Notes: a model not told the origin generated them from the sequence alone. DNA of 63,291 nucleotides, filler included, from Hyphochytrium catenoides (GCA_900088475.1; 9 parts of 9 records of this genome joined end to end with filler, not necessarily neighbours in it); one strand, 5' to 3'. Shown: positions 1 to 11,891, numbered from the whole stretch's first letter. Made by a program: numbers and translations.

Positions 1-938
1 AATGGTTCAATGCCAAACCGGACGTTAGTCATCTCCGTGTCTTTGATTGTCTTGCCTATGCACTCGTACCGGACTCGGAGAGGCAGAAAATGGACCCCAA
101 GTCAAAACCTTACATATTCGTTGGGTACCCAGACACCTCAAAGGCCTATCTATCGACTTTATGACAGAGAGAGTGGTACCATCATTGAGCGTAGGGATGT
201 TGTGTTCGCTGAAGGGGAATTTGGTTCGCTACTTCAAACCTCGCCTCAGCTGCGTGACTCTGTACTCCATCTATTTGATGTACTTAGCGAGGAAGACAGC
301 TCCCTCCCCTGCAATCCGACTCGTAAAGGGGATTCTGATCAACATATGTCCATCCAAGTGCCTCCCCCCACGAACACCTCGCCAAACAACCCGATACTGC
401 TGCCCCTTGCCAACCCCTGAACCAGCACACACAGTATGCGATACCGACAATTCAGCTTCGATAGATCCGATCCGTGTTCACCTCCCGATGACCGTTGCGA
501 AACCTGCGCGTTTGCCCAGACAGTCTACAACAACCCCTTGTCCAAATCCCAGTACGAGCAACTGATTTCCCCACAACAAGTACCTCCCTCCCGCATTCCG
601 CTTTTCAAACGCCGACTTCAACAAGAAGACTCTATTTTCTCCATGGCTAATCACCTTGGCAACTCCTTATCACCCAATGAACCCCGAACGATAGAGGAGG
701 CTCTTTCTGGACCGGATGCGTCGGAGTGGAACGCCGCTATCCTCAGTGAAATGGCATCTATGGAACAACACGACGTTTGGGAACTCGTTGAACGTCCTCC
801 AGGAGCAAACGTCATTGGGTGTAAATGGGTGTTTCGCGTAAAATATGGAAGTGATGGCACCATCGATCGCTATAAGGCACGGCTCGTTGCTCAAGGCTAC
901 AATCAGAAACAGGGGATCGATTACAACGAGGTCTCCGC
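1..938 (+). mobile_element. Decayed Ty1/copia pol fragment (integrase C-terminal region to start of reverse transcriptase)
   Basis: From nt 3 it reads WFNAKPDVSHLRVFDCLAYALVPDSERQKMDPKSKPYIFVGYPDTSKAY. A 4-bp ctat duplication then shifts frame to RLYDRESGTIIERRDVVF, with an in-frame TGA at 418-420. It continues EPRTIEEALSGPDASEW...VWELVERPPGANVIGCKWVFRVK...RYKARLVAQGYNQKQGIDYNE (copia RT start) and is interrupted at 939 by an LTR. Confidence 0.95.
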
Positions 939-1104
939 TGATGAAATTTACAGAGATGGGTGGCAATGCCTGTAGCTTCTGTATGAGCACAATCTAGATG
1001 CAATGATAACAAAGGGACTTGGTATTGATGTGTCTGAAGATTTCTCTGAATCCTCACTCGGTCCTGAGAGCCTGGTCTGGACTCGAGATCTTTTGCTCGG
1101 CCCA
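939..1104 (-). mobile_element. Partial LTR (3' or solo LTR) inserted antisense into copia RT
   Basis: tgatgaaatttacagagatgggtgg...gagcacaatctagatgcaatgataac...gagagcctggtctggactcgagatc...gctcggccca aligns with 29271-29441. Homology starts exactly at a TG. There is no PBS at this end, and the copy runs into a spacer. Confidence 0.85.
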
Positions 1105-1204
1105 NNNNNNNNNNNNNNNNNNNNNNNNNNNNNNNNNNNNNNNNNNNNTTAATTAATTAANNNNNNNNNNNNNNNNNNNNNNNNNNNNNNNNNNNNNNNN
1201 NNNN
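1105..1204. other. Artificial scaffold spacer 44N-TTAATTAATTAA-44N (also at 28306-28405, 29936-30035, 38496-38595, 48472-48571, 53387-53486, 54746-54845, 61855-61954)
   Basis: The same 100-bp structure occurs eight times, and the 12-mer gives stop codons in all six frames. Confidence 0.97.
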
Positions 1205-1447
1205 GTCTCATACTGACTGCTGCCTGTTTACCTAAGAAACAGTTCCTATGGGCTTGTAGACCAAAGAGAGACAGAAAAAGAAAGAGAAACCAGGGAAGAG
1301 AGAGACAGAAAAGAGAGAAACATAGTTCTACCTGGGGTTGTCTGAGTGTTTTTTTGATATGCTTGGTTACCTCTTCTACCGTCGGAACAATGGGGAGGAA
1401 GGCTAATATTTTGCGGGGGAAGGGTGTCTTTTAGACCATACACAGAG

Positions 1448-1525
<78 letters not shown>

Positions 1526-1706
1526 AAGGAAGGTGGACCATTGGGCTGTTTACGTGAGTGGGACCTGGACCTTGTAGCACTATAAATACAGATAAGGGGT
1601 GGCTAAGAGGGCCCACCCGCCCCTTGTCCTTTGTGCGTCTCCTGTCTCATGACACTGTTTGTAATTTCTCTCTCTCTCTCTCTCATGTTCAGTTCTTTCT
1701 CTTCTG

Positions 1707-1749
<43 letters not shown>

Positions 1750-1921
1750 GTTCAGGTCTTTCTCTTCTGCTGTCTCTCTCTCTCTCTCTCTCTCTCTCAT
1801 ATTCAGTTCTGATAGAACTCCCTCGCCACGTCGCCCTGGAGAGAAAGGAGCGGGTCAGGAGTATCCTGTGGCGCTGATGACTGAGCAGCACCATGCCCAG
1901 ACCAGTATGACAGGGCATCTC

Positions 1922-1968
<47 letters not shown>

Positions 1969-3265
1969 GTCTTGCAGCTGCGTAGACTGACGATCGCGCC
2001 GACAGGACTGGAGAGGGAAGACAGGGAAAAAAGTGGAAAAAGTTATCCTATCACCTACATTCCAGTAGAGAACGAAGAGGAGAGACAGAGAAAAAAGAAG
2101 AGAGATAGAATGATCTTCCCTCTCTCCTCTTCCTAATAACCAAGAGCTAAACCTCATCACACCATCTCCTCGTCCTTCCTCGCGCCAGCCAGTGCCAGCG
2201 TCATCACCATCACAGTCAGATACCATTCTGGTCTCTCTCTCTCTTTCTCTCTCCCTTCTCTCTCCTCTCTCTTCTCGCTCCTTGCTCTCTTCGCCTTTCT
2301 CTCTCTTTATGAGCCTCACTGGAAAGACAAGGATACACCTCGCCCTTAGGCCATACCAAATGTCCACCCCTAGGCACCTCCATTCCTCTGTCACACTTCT
2401 CTCTCTCTCTCTTCCCCTCTCTCTCGTGCACTCTCTCCTTTAGATCTGTCTTGGGTGCAAACAGCCTCGGAAAGATTTTTCGCTTCCTTCCTCTTCCTTT
2501 TTTCCTCCCTCCTCGTCGGCTAGTGTGTCATAATAAAGGGAGAGAAGAGAGACGACATACAGGCCATAAGGGATGTATTCTCCTCTCTTGTCTCTTCGTA
2601 CTTTCTCCCTCGGTAGCCCTCTCTCTCCCCCTGTCATTCTCTCTCTCTTTCGTTCAATGTCTTCCCTCTCCCTTCTTCTGTCTCTCTCGCTCGCTCTTTC
2701 TCTTGAGCCATCAGAGAGAAAGAGAAAGAGAGAGAAGAGATCTTCGACATGTAGCAACATAGTGGAGCTGTCTCTCTCTACAACTTGAAACAAAGAAGCC
2801 GTCGTTCCTTCTCTCTCTCGCTCGACATTCCTTATCCTACTCATCCACCTCGCCTGCCCCCAATGCAGCAAGAAAGGACCACCAGCTCTGCCTCAAGCCA
2901 GGACCAGGAGAGAGAGAGAGAGAGAGAAGGAGAATTGGAGCACCAAAATCTGGGGAAGCAAATGAGCTGACTTGCCAAAAAGACAAACGACCGCTGCGAG
3001 ACACACCGCCGCGCTCTTGCTCCTCTTCGCTTGGCTGCCAGCCGGTACCTCATACAGCGCTAAGCAGCTAAAGAGAGAGAGAAAGAGAGAGAGACTCTTG
3101 AGCAGATCTTTCAGAACGCTAGAAATAGCTAAAGAGCACAACGAACACCTTCAGCTTTTGAAGGGAAGAAAGAGAAGAAAGAGAGAGAGAGAAAGCTCTC
3201 CCTAGGCCCCCGAAGGAGGCGAGGGGAAGCTTCCCCGCGGAGGAAAAATTACCGAGATCAGGAGA

Positions 3266-4684
3266 ATGCTGCCGCCGCCTCTGATGGGCGAGCGGCCAGA
3301 CTGGAGCAGCATGAGAGACAGGAGGAGGAAGAGATCCGAAGCGGCCATCACCCCGCTGTACATGCACAGCGCGCCACCGGTAAGAGATGAGCTTGATATG
3401 CCTGCTGCGCCTGGGCCCTGCCAGCACCTGGCTCTCTTTCTCTCTCTCTTTCCTTTTCTGCTTGGGAGAAAGCCGCTGTTACGGGGTTCTACCTTACCCT
3501 GCTCTCTCTCCCTCTCTGTCTGGTTCTCTGCTTTCGCTCTCTCTCTCTCTCTCCTGACATCGACGTGGCGCAGAACTCCCAGTGCCTAACCATACCTCTC
3601 TCTCTCTCTCTCTCTCTCNNNNNNNNNNNNNNNNNNNNNNNNNNNNNNNNNNTCTCTCTCTCTCTCTCTCTCTCTCCACCGACAGATGATCTCAGTCCCA
3701 CAACATACCAAGGACGATCTCTATGATCACACGCCAACTAGCTCTACCGCCAGTCCCGCCACCTCTCCCCATGCCTCTCCCGCGCCCTCTCCCTCATCTT
3801 CGCACTCTTCTCTCCCCCTCAGCACCAACCGGCCGAGCAAATATAGCAAGATCGACTCTAAAAAATATTATACGACGCAGAGGACAGAGACAGACGGCGC
3901 GCCGCCAGTGCCAACATTGCTTTGCTCCGCGTGCGGCGCAGAGTGTGCACAGCCAATGTTTTTCGAGAACAAGCTGGTGATAGGGATAGAGCATGGAAAA
4001 GAATGCACCAAGAGACCGCACGGGTACTTTGTCCTCTCAGATCGGGATAAGTCCTTCGCTGCGCAGTGGAGAATCTCTCACCGTCATGCCAGGAGACAGA
4101 TTAAGCAGAGACATGTCTCACGGCAGGCGGCACTCTCCGGAGGACTTGGTCTTGGTGGGATGATGATGAGTCCACATGCGTCTCCGTCTCCTGCCACTGG
4201 CAGTGATATTACGATGGAAGGGATCTTGAAGTCAACAATGGCTGGAGGCATGGGCTTCACTCACATGGTGAAGGGCGAGGGAGGCGTAGCGGCGTTCTCT
4301 CCTGATCAGCCATTCTTCCCTATGGCGCCACTCATGGGGACAGATCTTCGGGCTTCTCCCTCTCCTTTCCCTTCTCCCTCAACGTCTCCCGCAGCTTATG
4401 CGGCCCCTAAGCTGCTGGACAGCTCCACAGCGCTGAACTGGTCTCCTGTGGGCTATTACACCTCCAGACCCTTCCCCACCTTCACTCCTACCAACCAGAG
4501 GGCAACACTAGGACAGAACTCTCTGACCTTCGCCCCTCTGCCGACCTACTTTGACATCGGAACAGCAGAAGAACAGTTCCGCTCTGCTTACTTTCAAGGG
4601 CAGGTGCCAGAGCTGCAGGCGCAGAGCACAGGGCAGCAGGATCAGCAAGGAGGAGAGAGATACGGAGGCGCTCCGTCTGCTTGA
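3266..4684 (+). CDS. Uncharacterised protein with putative C-x2-C...H-x3-C zinc site, a basic helix and S/P/Q-rich flanks (possible transcription factor); at least 2 exons
   Basis: 332-aa non-microsatellite ORF 3686-4684, preceded by a ccgacag acceptor. Upstream exon 3266-3379 (...YMHSAPP|gtaaga) splices in phase 0. Core: CSACGAECAQPMFFENKLVIGIEHGKECTKRPHGYFVLSDRDKSFAAQWRISHRHARRQIKQRH. True start uncertain. Confidence 0.7.
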
Positions 4685-4761
4685 GCGATCGCTTCAGGGC
4701 AGCAGGATCAGCAAGGAGGAGAGAGATACGGAGGCGCTCCGTCTGCTTGAGCGATCGCTTC
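4629..4761. repeat. Perfect 66-bp tandem duplication spanning the stop codon
   Basis: cagggcagcaggatcagcaaggaggagagagatacggaggcgctccgtctgcttgagcgatcgctt at 4629 and 4695. Confidence 0.95.
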
Positions 4762-5610
4762 GCTCTCTCTCTCTCTCTCTCTCTGCTACCCTATCAACCT
4801 TTTCCATTGGCGCCAAAGGCTCTCCCTTCCTTTGACTTGGCCGTGTTTTCTCCTTACCTCTCACTCTCTCTGTCTTCTTTCGGTCCTTTCCTCCCGTATG
4901 TTTTCTCTTGTCTCTCTCTCTCTGTGATCCCCTTACCCGCTAGAGCGAGGGCTATCGGAGAGAGAGAGAGGGAGAAGAAGGCGGGAAGCTATAGGATAGA
5001 TACACCTATACATAGTTCAAGGCAAGTGTACAGAGACAGACGGAGTGAGAGGAAAAGGAGGAGAAATTGAGAAAGAGAGAGACCCGCAGGCTGTCAACCT
5101 TCCTCCGATTTTCAAAAAGAGTGGGCTCGTGTGTGACCATCCCCTAAGTTATGCTATTTTTATAAAACAGATATTATCAGAGTTCACAGCGTCAGACTAC
5201 TTTCTCTTCCCTAATAAGTAAGGCAGCAGGTCCTTCCTGCAGACGCCAAAGGTATAGAGAGAGGGAAAGTCCCCTCTGGGCATGAGAGAGAGAGAAGAGA
5301 GGATGTTCACGAAGGTAACTTACTTCAACCATTAAACTTGGGCACAGCAGACAGCGAAGCCGAGAGCTTATAATCACCTCTTATCATACATTTGCGCTCC
5401 CTCTCTTGCCTTTCGCCGTCTACTACGGTCGTCTCTCTCTCTGTCTCTCTTCCAATTTACTTCTCTCCGACGGTTCTGGACAATGCAATGTCCTACTCTT
5501 AAACTCTGGTGCCTTCTTCCGCGACATGACTGTTGATAAATAATACGCTATGGCCTACCATCATTCCCTGTTCTCTCTCTCTCGCTCTCTCTCTTCCTCT
5601 CCCCTCTAGT

Positions 5611-6307
5611 CTAATGCGCGGAGGTTGGCGACATCGAAGGGGGCAGATCGTCCGCTAGTTCGAGACGCGCCTTCTTCCCCAGGTGCAGCTCTTCCTCTGT
5701 TTCTTCCGTGGCGTCGTGATACCCTACCAACCGTTCAATAAGATGATTTAGCTCTCGCATATTCTTGCCGAGATCGTCCACACTAGACCGAAGCTCTGAC
5801 ACTTCCCTGTGAGTAAGAGACGGATTAGAAGAGAAAGAAAGAAAGAGAGAGAGAGAGACAGAGAGAGAAAGAGAGAGAGACAGAGAGAGACAGAGAGAGA
5901 AAAGGAGAGAGCAGAAGCTAAGATAGACAGAAGATCCAAATGGCAGCGGGGGCCAAAAAGAGTAGAATGACCAAGCGATAATCGCTAAGAAAGAGAAAGA
6001 CGTAGTGGGAGAGACGAGGGAAGGGAGGGAGAGAGGACGAGAGAGAAGAGACATACCGCTTGAGGTTGTCCACCTCAATCTTTTCCGTATTGCTATCCAT
6101 AGACTCAGAGTCCGCGTACGTCTTCCGTCTAATCTGCTTGAGCAAGTCTTGCCTTCCTCTCTGGAAGAGAGGATGCATAAACTCCCAGTACGGCGTGTCT
6201 TCTCCAAGCAGCTGCGCCGTGTCGTTCTTGATCTTCCGAAAGCCGTAGAAGTTCAGTTGGCGAACAAAAGAAGAGAAGNNNNNNNNNNNNNNNNNNNNNN
6301 NNNNNNN

Positions 6308-6344
<37 letters not shown>

Positions 6345-6737
6345 GTTTCTCATCCTCCCTTCTATCATCCATGTTTCTCTCGTCACCTGCTCTCGCCTCT
6401 TCTTCTTTCTTCTCAGATCCTCTTATACCTGGGGGATGTAGACTGAGGCGAACTGCTCTGGCTTTTTGATAATGAAGGTAAGACCATTCTTGTTCCAGCA
6501 GCAGACGTCAGGCGGGCACGTCTGAATCATCTGATAGGTCTTTTCGAGGAAGACAGGAGGTGTCTTCTGATCCTTCTCTTTCTCCTTCTCTCCTCCACCG
6601 CCTCCCTCTTTGGATGAGCCAGTACTCAGACTCGAACTGCTGCGAGAGAGTTCTGTCGCTCTTGGAGCTGCTACCTTGGTATCCCGCTGAGCAGAGGAGC
6701 TCAGCCGTACAGACGAGGAAAGAGGAAGCTTGTGCAT
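5611..6737 (-). CDS. HSF: Heat shock transcription factor family protein (3 exons; start of exon 2 lies in an N gap)
   Basis: PPVFLEKTYQMIQTCPPDVCCWNKNGLTFIIKKPEQFASVYIPQ | FSSFVRQLNFYGFRKIK...YWEFMHPLFQRGRQDLLKQIRRK is the HSF DNA-binding domain, followed by the heptad segment EVSELRSSVDDLGKNMRELNHLIERLV. Confidence 0.95.
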
Positions 6738-7309
6738 GGCTGGAGGCCAAGTTCTTTGTCTCAAAGAGGGAAAGACTGAAGCTCAGAGGGAAATCTCACA
6801 GAGAAGAAACAGATGTATGCTCTCTCTTTTCGTCTCTCTCCTTGCGTGTCTCCCACTGTGTCGAAGGCTTTCTTAGTGAGCTCTCTCTCTCTTCGTTGGG
6901 TTCTCTTTCGTTTGAGACTCAGACAGACTGTGAATTGGTTCTTAGCCGTGGGGAATGCAGCCACTGGGAAACGAGGTTCCACCAGCTTTCGGCTTGACTA
7001 AGGGACGAAAGCAGAGACTCTATTGTACGAGGGCTGGCCAACTGGAGAGAGCGCCCGAAGAGTGAGAATCTGTCAATCAAGAGCTTGACGATGATGATGA
7101 TAGAAGAGAGAGAAAAGACAGCGTTTGGGGGAGAGGAAACGATCTGAGACGAGAAGGGGAAGGGAGAGAGAGCGGAGAGCGAGAGAAAAGAGAGAGAGAA
7201 GAGTGAGAGGAGAGAGAGGAGAGAGCGAGAGAGCGAGAGAGCAAGAGAGAGCGAGAGAGAGAGAGAGACCGAGAGAGAGAGAGAGAGAGAGAGTTGAGAG
7301 CGAGAGAAA

Positions 7310-7367
<58 letters not shown>

Positions 7368-7899
7368 ACAGCCAGTGAGAAGCCAAAGGAGGAAGAGACA
7401 CAAGTGGACGGTGGAGAATAGGAATATATAACGGAGTATATACCACACCAAGGTTTCTAACATCCCCTTAAACTCACAATCTTTCTTACTACAGTCATGA
7501 TACTGGTCCCATGGGGTCTAAGGGACCCAAATTCTCCTATTATTGTCCACCCACGTGGTAGAAACCAATCAACCAGCAATAGGTGTATTACTACTGCCAT
7601 AAAAAGCTTCAAAATGATAGTAATATGCCAATTAATCTAGAGCAATACTACAAATTCTCGGGGCATAGTAATGTTTTAGGCATTTGTTCCTTGAAGTTGC
7701 CTATTCTTACCAGTCACGCGCCATACGAAGGTTCTTTCGAAGCCCTCGCAGCCTTCCACCTTCAACATTTATTACTACCAATATGACTGTGTTAAAGAGA
7801 TATTGTCTGAATCTTACTATTACTACTGCTTGGTGTCTCTGAGGATGACAGGATGCTTGGAACCATTGTCTCCTACATTACAAGGAATCGCCTTTATAT

Positions 7900-8600
7900 A
7901 GTAAATGTATGGGCGTCTTGCCCTGCCCGTCTTTCTTCTTCCTCTTTGGGTGACGGATTGCTGGCGCCGCTGCTGCTGCTGCTGCGTCTTGAGAAGCAGC
8001 CCTCGGTCGTGTCTCTACTCAGCAGCAGCAATAGTAGAATGTTGTTGTTGCTGTTGGGCGAGTGAGAGGAGGAGGGCCAAGGAATTGTTAGTCCTCCCTC
8101 CGTTCGTGGTCACATCATTCTACGTAGGGCCTTAGAAGAATGATGCTGAGAGGCTGAATGATGAAGAAGGGTAACTTTAGTTATATGCATAGCCAGCAAC
8201 CTTTATTATTCTTTGTTCCTACTAGCAGCTCTCTTCTTCTTGACCTGCTGCTCTTCTTCATACGTGCTAAATAATGGATGGTCATTATTTGCCTTCAGCT
8301 TCTAACTCTCGATTGACTACTACTACCGTTGCCGCCCGGTGCCTTCTTCTTGAGAACCCGTCTCTTCTCTATGTCTTGTTAGTTTCTCTAAGCAGCAATA
8401 GATTTTGGTTTTGGGTGAGTGAGAGGACGAGGGCAACGGATTAACTGATCCCTCCGTTCACCGCCACATATATCAAAGGCCTCAGAAGAATGATAACAAG
8501 CGGCTGAAGAGGGGTTACCTTTTTAGAATCAGCAGCCTTTATTCTTGTCCTAACAGCCCTCCTTCTTTCTTGACCTGCTGCTCTTCTTCTTATATTAATG
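7900..8600. repeat. Diverged tandem duplication of a unit of about 350 bp (boundaries approximate)
   Basis: Colinear shared blocks occur twice: tcttgagaa, agcagcaatag, ttgggYgagtgagagga, ccctccgttc, ggcctYagaagaatgat, cagcaRcctttatt, ttcttgacctgctgctcttcttc. Confidence 0.75.
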
Positions 8601-9972
8601 TAGCTGCTGCGCCTGCTGAAGACCACGATGATGATCGATGAACGAGAACCGCACCGCAGCCCACGGTCCTCTACTACTTGCTGTGGGACTGACCTCTATC
8701 CTTCAAGTTATTAATAACGAACGCTACAATGATAAAAGGCCTTGTCTCCTCCAGAGTATCGTTGTAGAGTCCACTAGTTAGTAGTCGTAGCAGAATACTC
8801 CTTTTTGAAGAAGAAGAAGAAGAGATGAATTTGGTTGGATATATTGCTTGTGCTACGACTACTATAATGAGAAAGAAGGAGGAGAAGAACCTAGCAGACC
8901 AGAAAGAAAAGAAGAGCAAAGAAGCAGCGCAGGGGCCGCACTCTGGCACCCAGAGCCCGATGGGGATTGCCGAAACAACGAGCGAGGAAGCAGAGCAAGA
9001 AGTCCACTACTAACTGCTTGCACCCGCCCACCGCCAACAACAAACCCCCTCGTATTAGGGCTGCCGTCGGGGATACTCGTCCTCATCAGGGAATAGTTGC
9101 AGAGGCATCGAGGCAGCAGGAAGGAAGCCCAACTCCTCCTCTCCAACATGCTGCAAAAAGAGCAGCTGCAGCAGGTCGTCGTCTGGAAGAAGAAGAAGCA
9201 GAAGTCTGTTGGATGAGGGCCAAGCATATGTAGGTGTTACATACCTACTTCTGGGGGAGGTCTGGGATCTCCTTACATATCTTATTATGACAGGATGAAC
9301 AGAGTGATGGTCCCTCCCTCCTCCTTCAGTATCTTCCTTTCAGATCCTCATTTTTTGGCCCAGACTTGCACGCTGAGAGACAACGATCTTCTATTGAGAT
9401 CGATGGGTTAGTATGTCGCATCATCTCTCATCACCAGCAGGCACTAGCCTTTAGTTAGCCAGCAGCCCACAATCCTCCGGAGGTAGGTCGACATCATCCC
9501 GCAATGACCGATCGACAGAGACGAGGATTCTACACTGCCAGGAAAAGGGAGAATGACAGCAGTAGTGATTCTTCCCCCTCTATCATTTACAAGTACTGAG
9601 GAGTTGCTCTTCTTGTCGTGACTCGTCCGACACATTTCACAATACTCTCAGGCACGTTAGTTGCTGCCGCTCAATACCACGCCCAATAAGATCAAGACAA
9701 AGACCTGCTAACAAGAAGTAGCCTGCACGAAGGCCACATATGAATGAGGACTGATGAGGATCCATCTGAGTCTCTTCTGTCATTAAGACTTCTCCTCATT
9801 GTCAAGCAAGCAGCAGTACAGCGGGTGTAAAGTGAGACAGACGGAGACAAAACCTTTGGCAATATCATTACTACCCTTGCAGACACGACGGCCTGCTGCT
9901 GGTTGCTCTCACAGAGTAATATCGAGAGAGAAGAGACAATTCTTAACAGTCATCGCAGATATTGGAGGGCCA

Positions 9973-10950
9973 ATGGCTTCATCACTCTCTTCTTCTACTT
10001 CCTCCTCTGCGCTCCAGCGCTTGGCCGCACTAAAAGCAAAGGAGGTTTCCATCACATCTGGAGGAGAAGGAACATTAAAGTACGTCGTCTGTGATGAGCG
10101 GAGTGGAGAGGATGACTCGCAACAAGCAGCAGAACCTAAAGCGACTTCGAAGGTGGTTGCGTTGTGCATACCAGGCATTGGGGACCTTCGAGAGCAATAT
10201 CGCTTCCTGGCACCAATGCTCCAAGAAGCTGGGATTAGTAAGGTCATTGTGGCTGATCTTCGAGGGACGGGGGAGTCAACTGTCGATGGTCTCACCTCAT
10301 TCACACCTGAAGATGTCGCCATGGATATGAAGGCGATAATGGAGAACGAGCAATCTTTACCTGGTTCGGGTGAAGATATCAAAGTTGTCCTTTTGGTCAA
10401 TTCATTCGCTGCGGCAGCGGCCGTCTTCCTGGCTGCAAAGCACCCCGAACTTGTCTCTGCCATTGTGGCGCTGGGAGGCTTCTTTAGAGACTCTCCAAAA
10501 GATCCTTGGATGCGATTCCTGGCCCCATTGCTCCTAAATCGACTGTGGGGACGGGCTGCCTGGATTTCTTACTATAAGACGTTGTATACTCGCCGTCCTC
10601 TACCCCTCGACTTAGAGTCGGAGTACATTCCAAAGTTGAGAGCAGTTATGGACGGCCAACACATCGATGCACTGCTTCAGTTTGCTAGGGCAAGCAAGAC
10701 ACCTTCTTGGGCCCTGATCGGTCAAGTTAGATGCCCAGTTTTGCTAGTTATCGGAAGTTCTGACCCTGATTTCGCCCAACCGAGAGACGAGATGGAAAGT
10801 GTCAAAAGTGCTCTCTTGGCGTCATCCCAAGTCGAAGTGCTGGAAGTTGAAAAGGCTGGTCATTATCCTCATGTTGAAGCCGCCGATGAAGTTGCGGAGA
10901 ATGCTGTTACTTTCTTGAGAGCTGTCGGCATTCTTCGGAGTCAATCGTGA
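9973..10950 (+). CDS. Intronless alpha/beta-fold hydrolase
   Basis: IPGIGDLREQYRFLAPML, ADLRGTGES, nucleophile elbow VNSFAAAA, acid motif GSSDPDF and His motif AGHYPHVE. First ATG in the 9799-10950 frame is at 9973. Confidence 0.92.
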   Translation: MASSLSSSTSSSALQRLAALKAKEVSITSGGEGTLKYVVCDERSGEDDSQQAAEPKATSKVVALCIPGIGDLREQYRFLAPMLQEAGISKVIVADLRGTGESTVDGLTSFTPEDVAMDMKAIMENEQSLPGSGEDIKVVLLVNSFAAAAAVFLAAKHPELVSAIVALGGFFRDSPKDPWMRFLAPLLLNRLWGRAAWISYYKTLYTRRPLPLDLESEYIPKLRAVMDGQHIDALLQFARASKTPSWALIGQVRCPVLLVIGSSDPDFAQPRDEMESVKSALLASSQVEVLEVEKAGHYPHVEAADEVAENAVTFLRAVGILRSQS

Positions 10951-11708
10951 GTATGCCTTTTCATCAGTTTCATCCGCAGTGGAAAGATATCATCACTTCC
11001 TTCCCTTGCAGACTTATCCAGAGGTTGGTAGAGGTAGCATAGCTAGATTAACGAACCAGACTCAGGAGGGAGCTTCTATATATGGTGATATTAGAATGGA
11101 AGAAGAGGGGTACACTATCGTATAATAATAGCGATGGTTAGAGGTAGCAAGTGACAATAGTTAACAGGGAAAATTGCGTACCCGCAACCGCTTTATCACG
11201 TTCGTGGAACGCCTCTGTGCTTGACAAGGTAGTAACACTAAAATGCGGGAAAGAAGAAGACAACCTTGCACCGCCTCATCTCGACTCGGGCGCGTGCCTA
11301 TCCTTTCCTCCCCTGATCAGGTGCATTCTTCTATCCTTTCTCTTCTTTAGTTCCGTTCACGTTGCGAAGAGTTGATTACGGCGACGAAAGAAGGACAACA
11401 GGCATTACCACTGTACAGCTGTAAAATATCCACACCCTAGGATAGAATTAAGAAGAAGAAAGCTTTGGCATCTAGAATGACCTTCGCGCCGGCGGTTAAT
11501 GAGACCCACCGCCCCTGCCGCGAGGAGGGGCAAGGAAAGAACGTAAAGAAGATGAACGCCTGATGGGGAGGCCTGGCAATGATGGCAGCAGCTTCTCTTT
11601 GTGATCATCAAGTAATGTTATGACTAGATAATATGACCCACGGACACCTCAGTCCACTGTCGAACAGAAGCAGCAAGAAGAAAAGGTAGAAGAAGAAGAG
11701 GGGAAAAC

Positions 11709-11891
11709 TGATGATGATGTTCTTCTCTATCATGAACAAAGTGATGATAGTCTTCTCTATCATGAACAAACTGAAGATGTTCTTCTCTATCATGAACAAC
11801 GTGATGATGATGTTCTCTATCATGAACAAAGTGATGATGTTCTCTATCATGAACAAAGTGATGATGTTCTCTAATATGATGAATAAAGTGA
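11709..11891. repeat. Minisatellite, about 6 units of 27-30 bp (gatgatgtt(ctt)ctctatcatgaacaaagt)
   Basis: Directly visible; unit lengths are multiples of 3. Confidence 0.95.

Noticed and set aside
1149-1160. Recurrent TTAATTAATTAA palindrome
   Set aside because: Always centred in 88 Ns, so it is an assembly linker.
11709-11891. CRISPR-like array or C/D snoRNA cluster (repeated TGATGA)
   Set aside because: Units are head-to-tail with no unique spacers, there are no cas genes, and there are no consistently placed D boxes.
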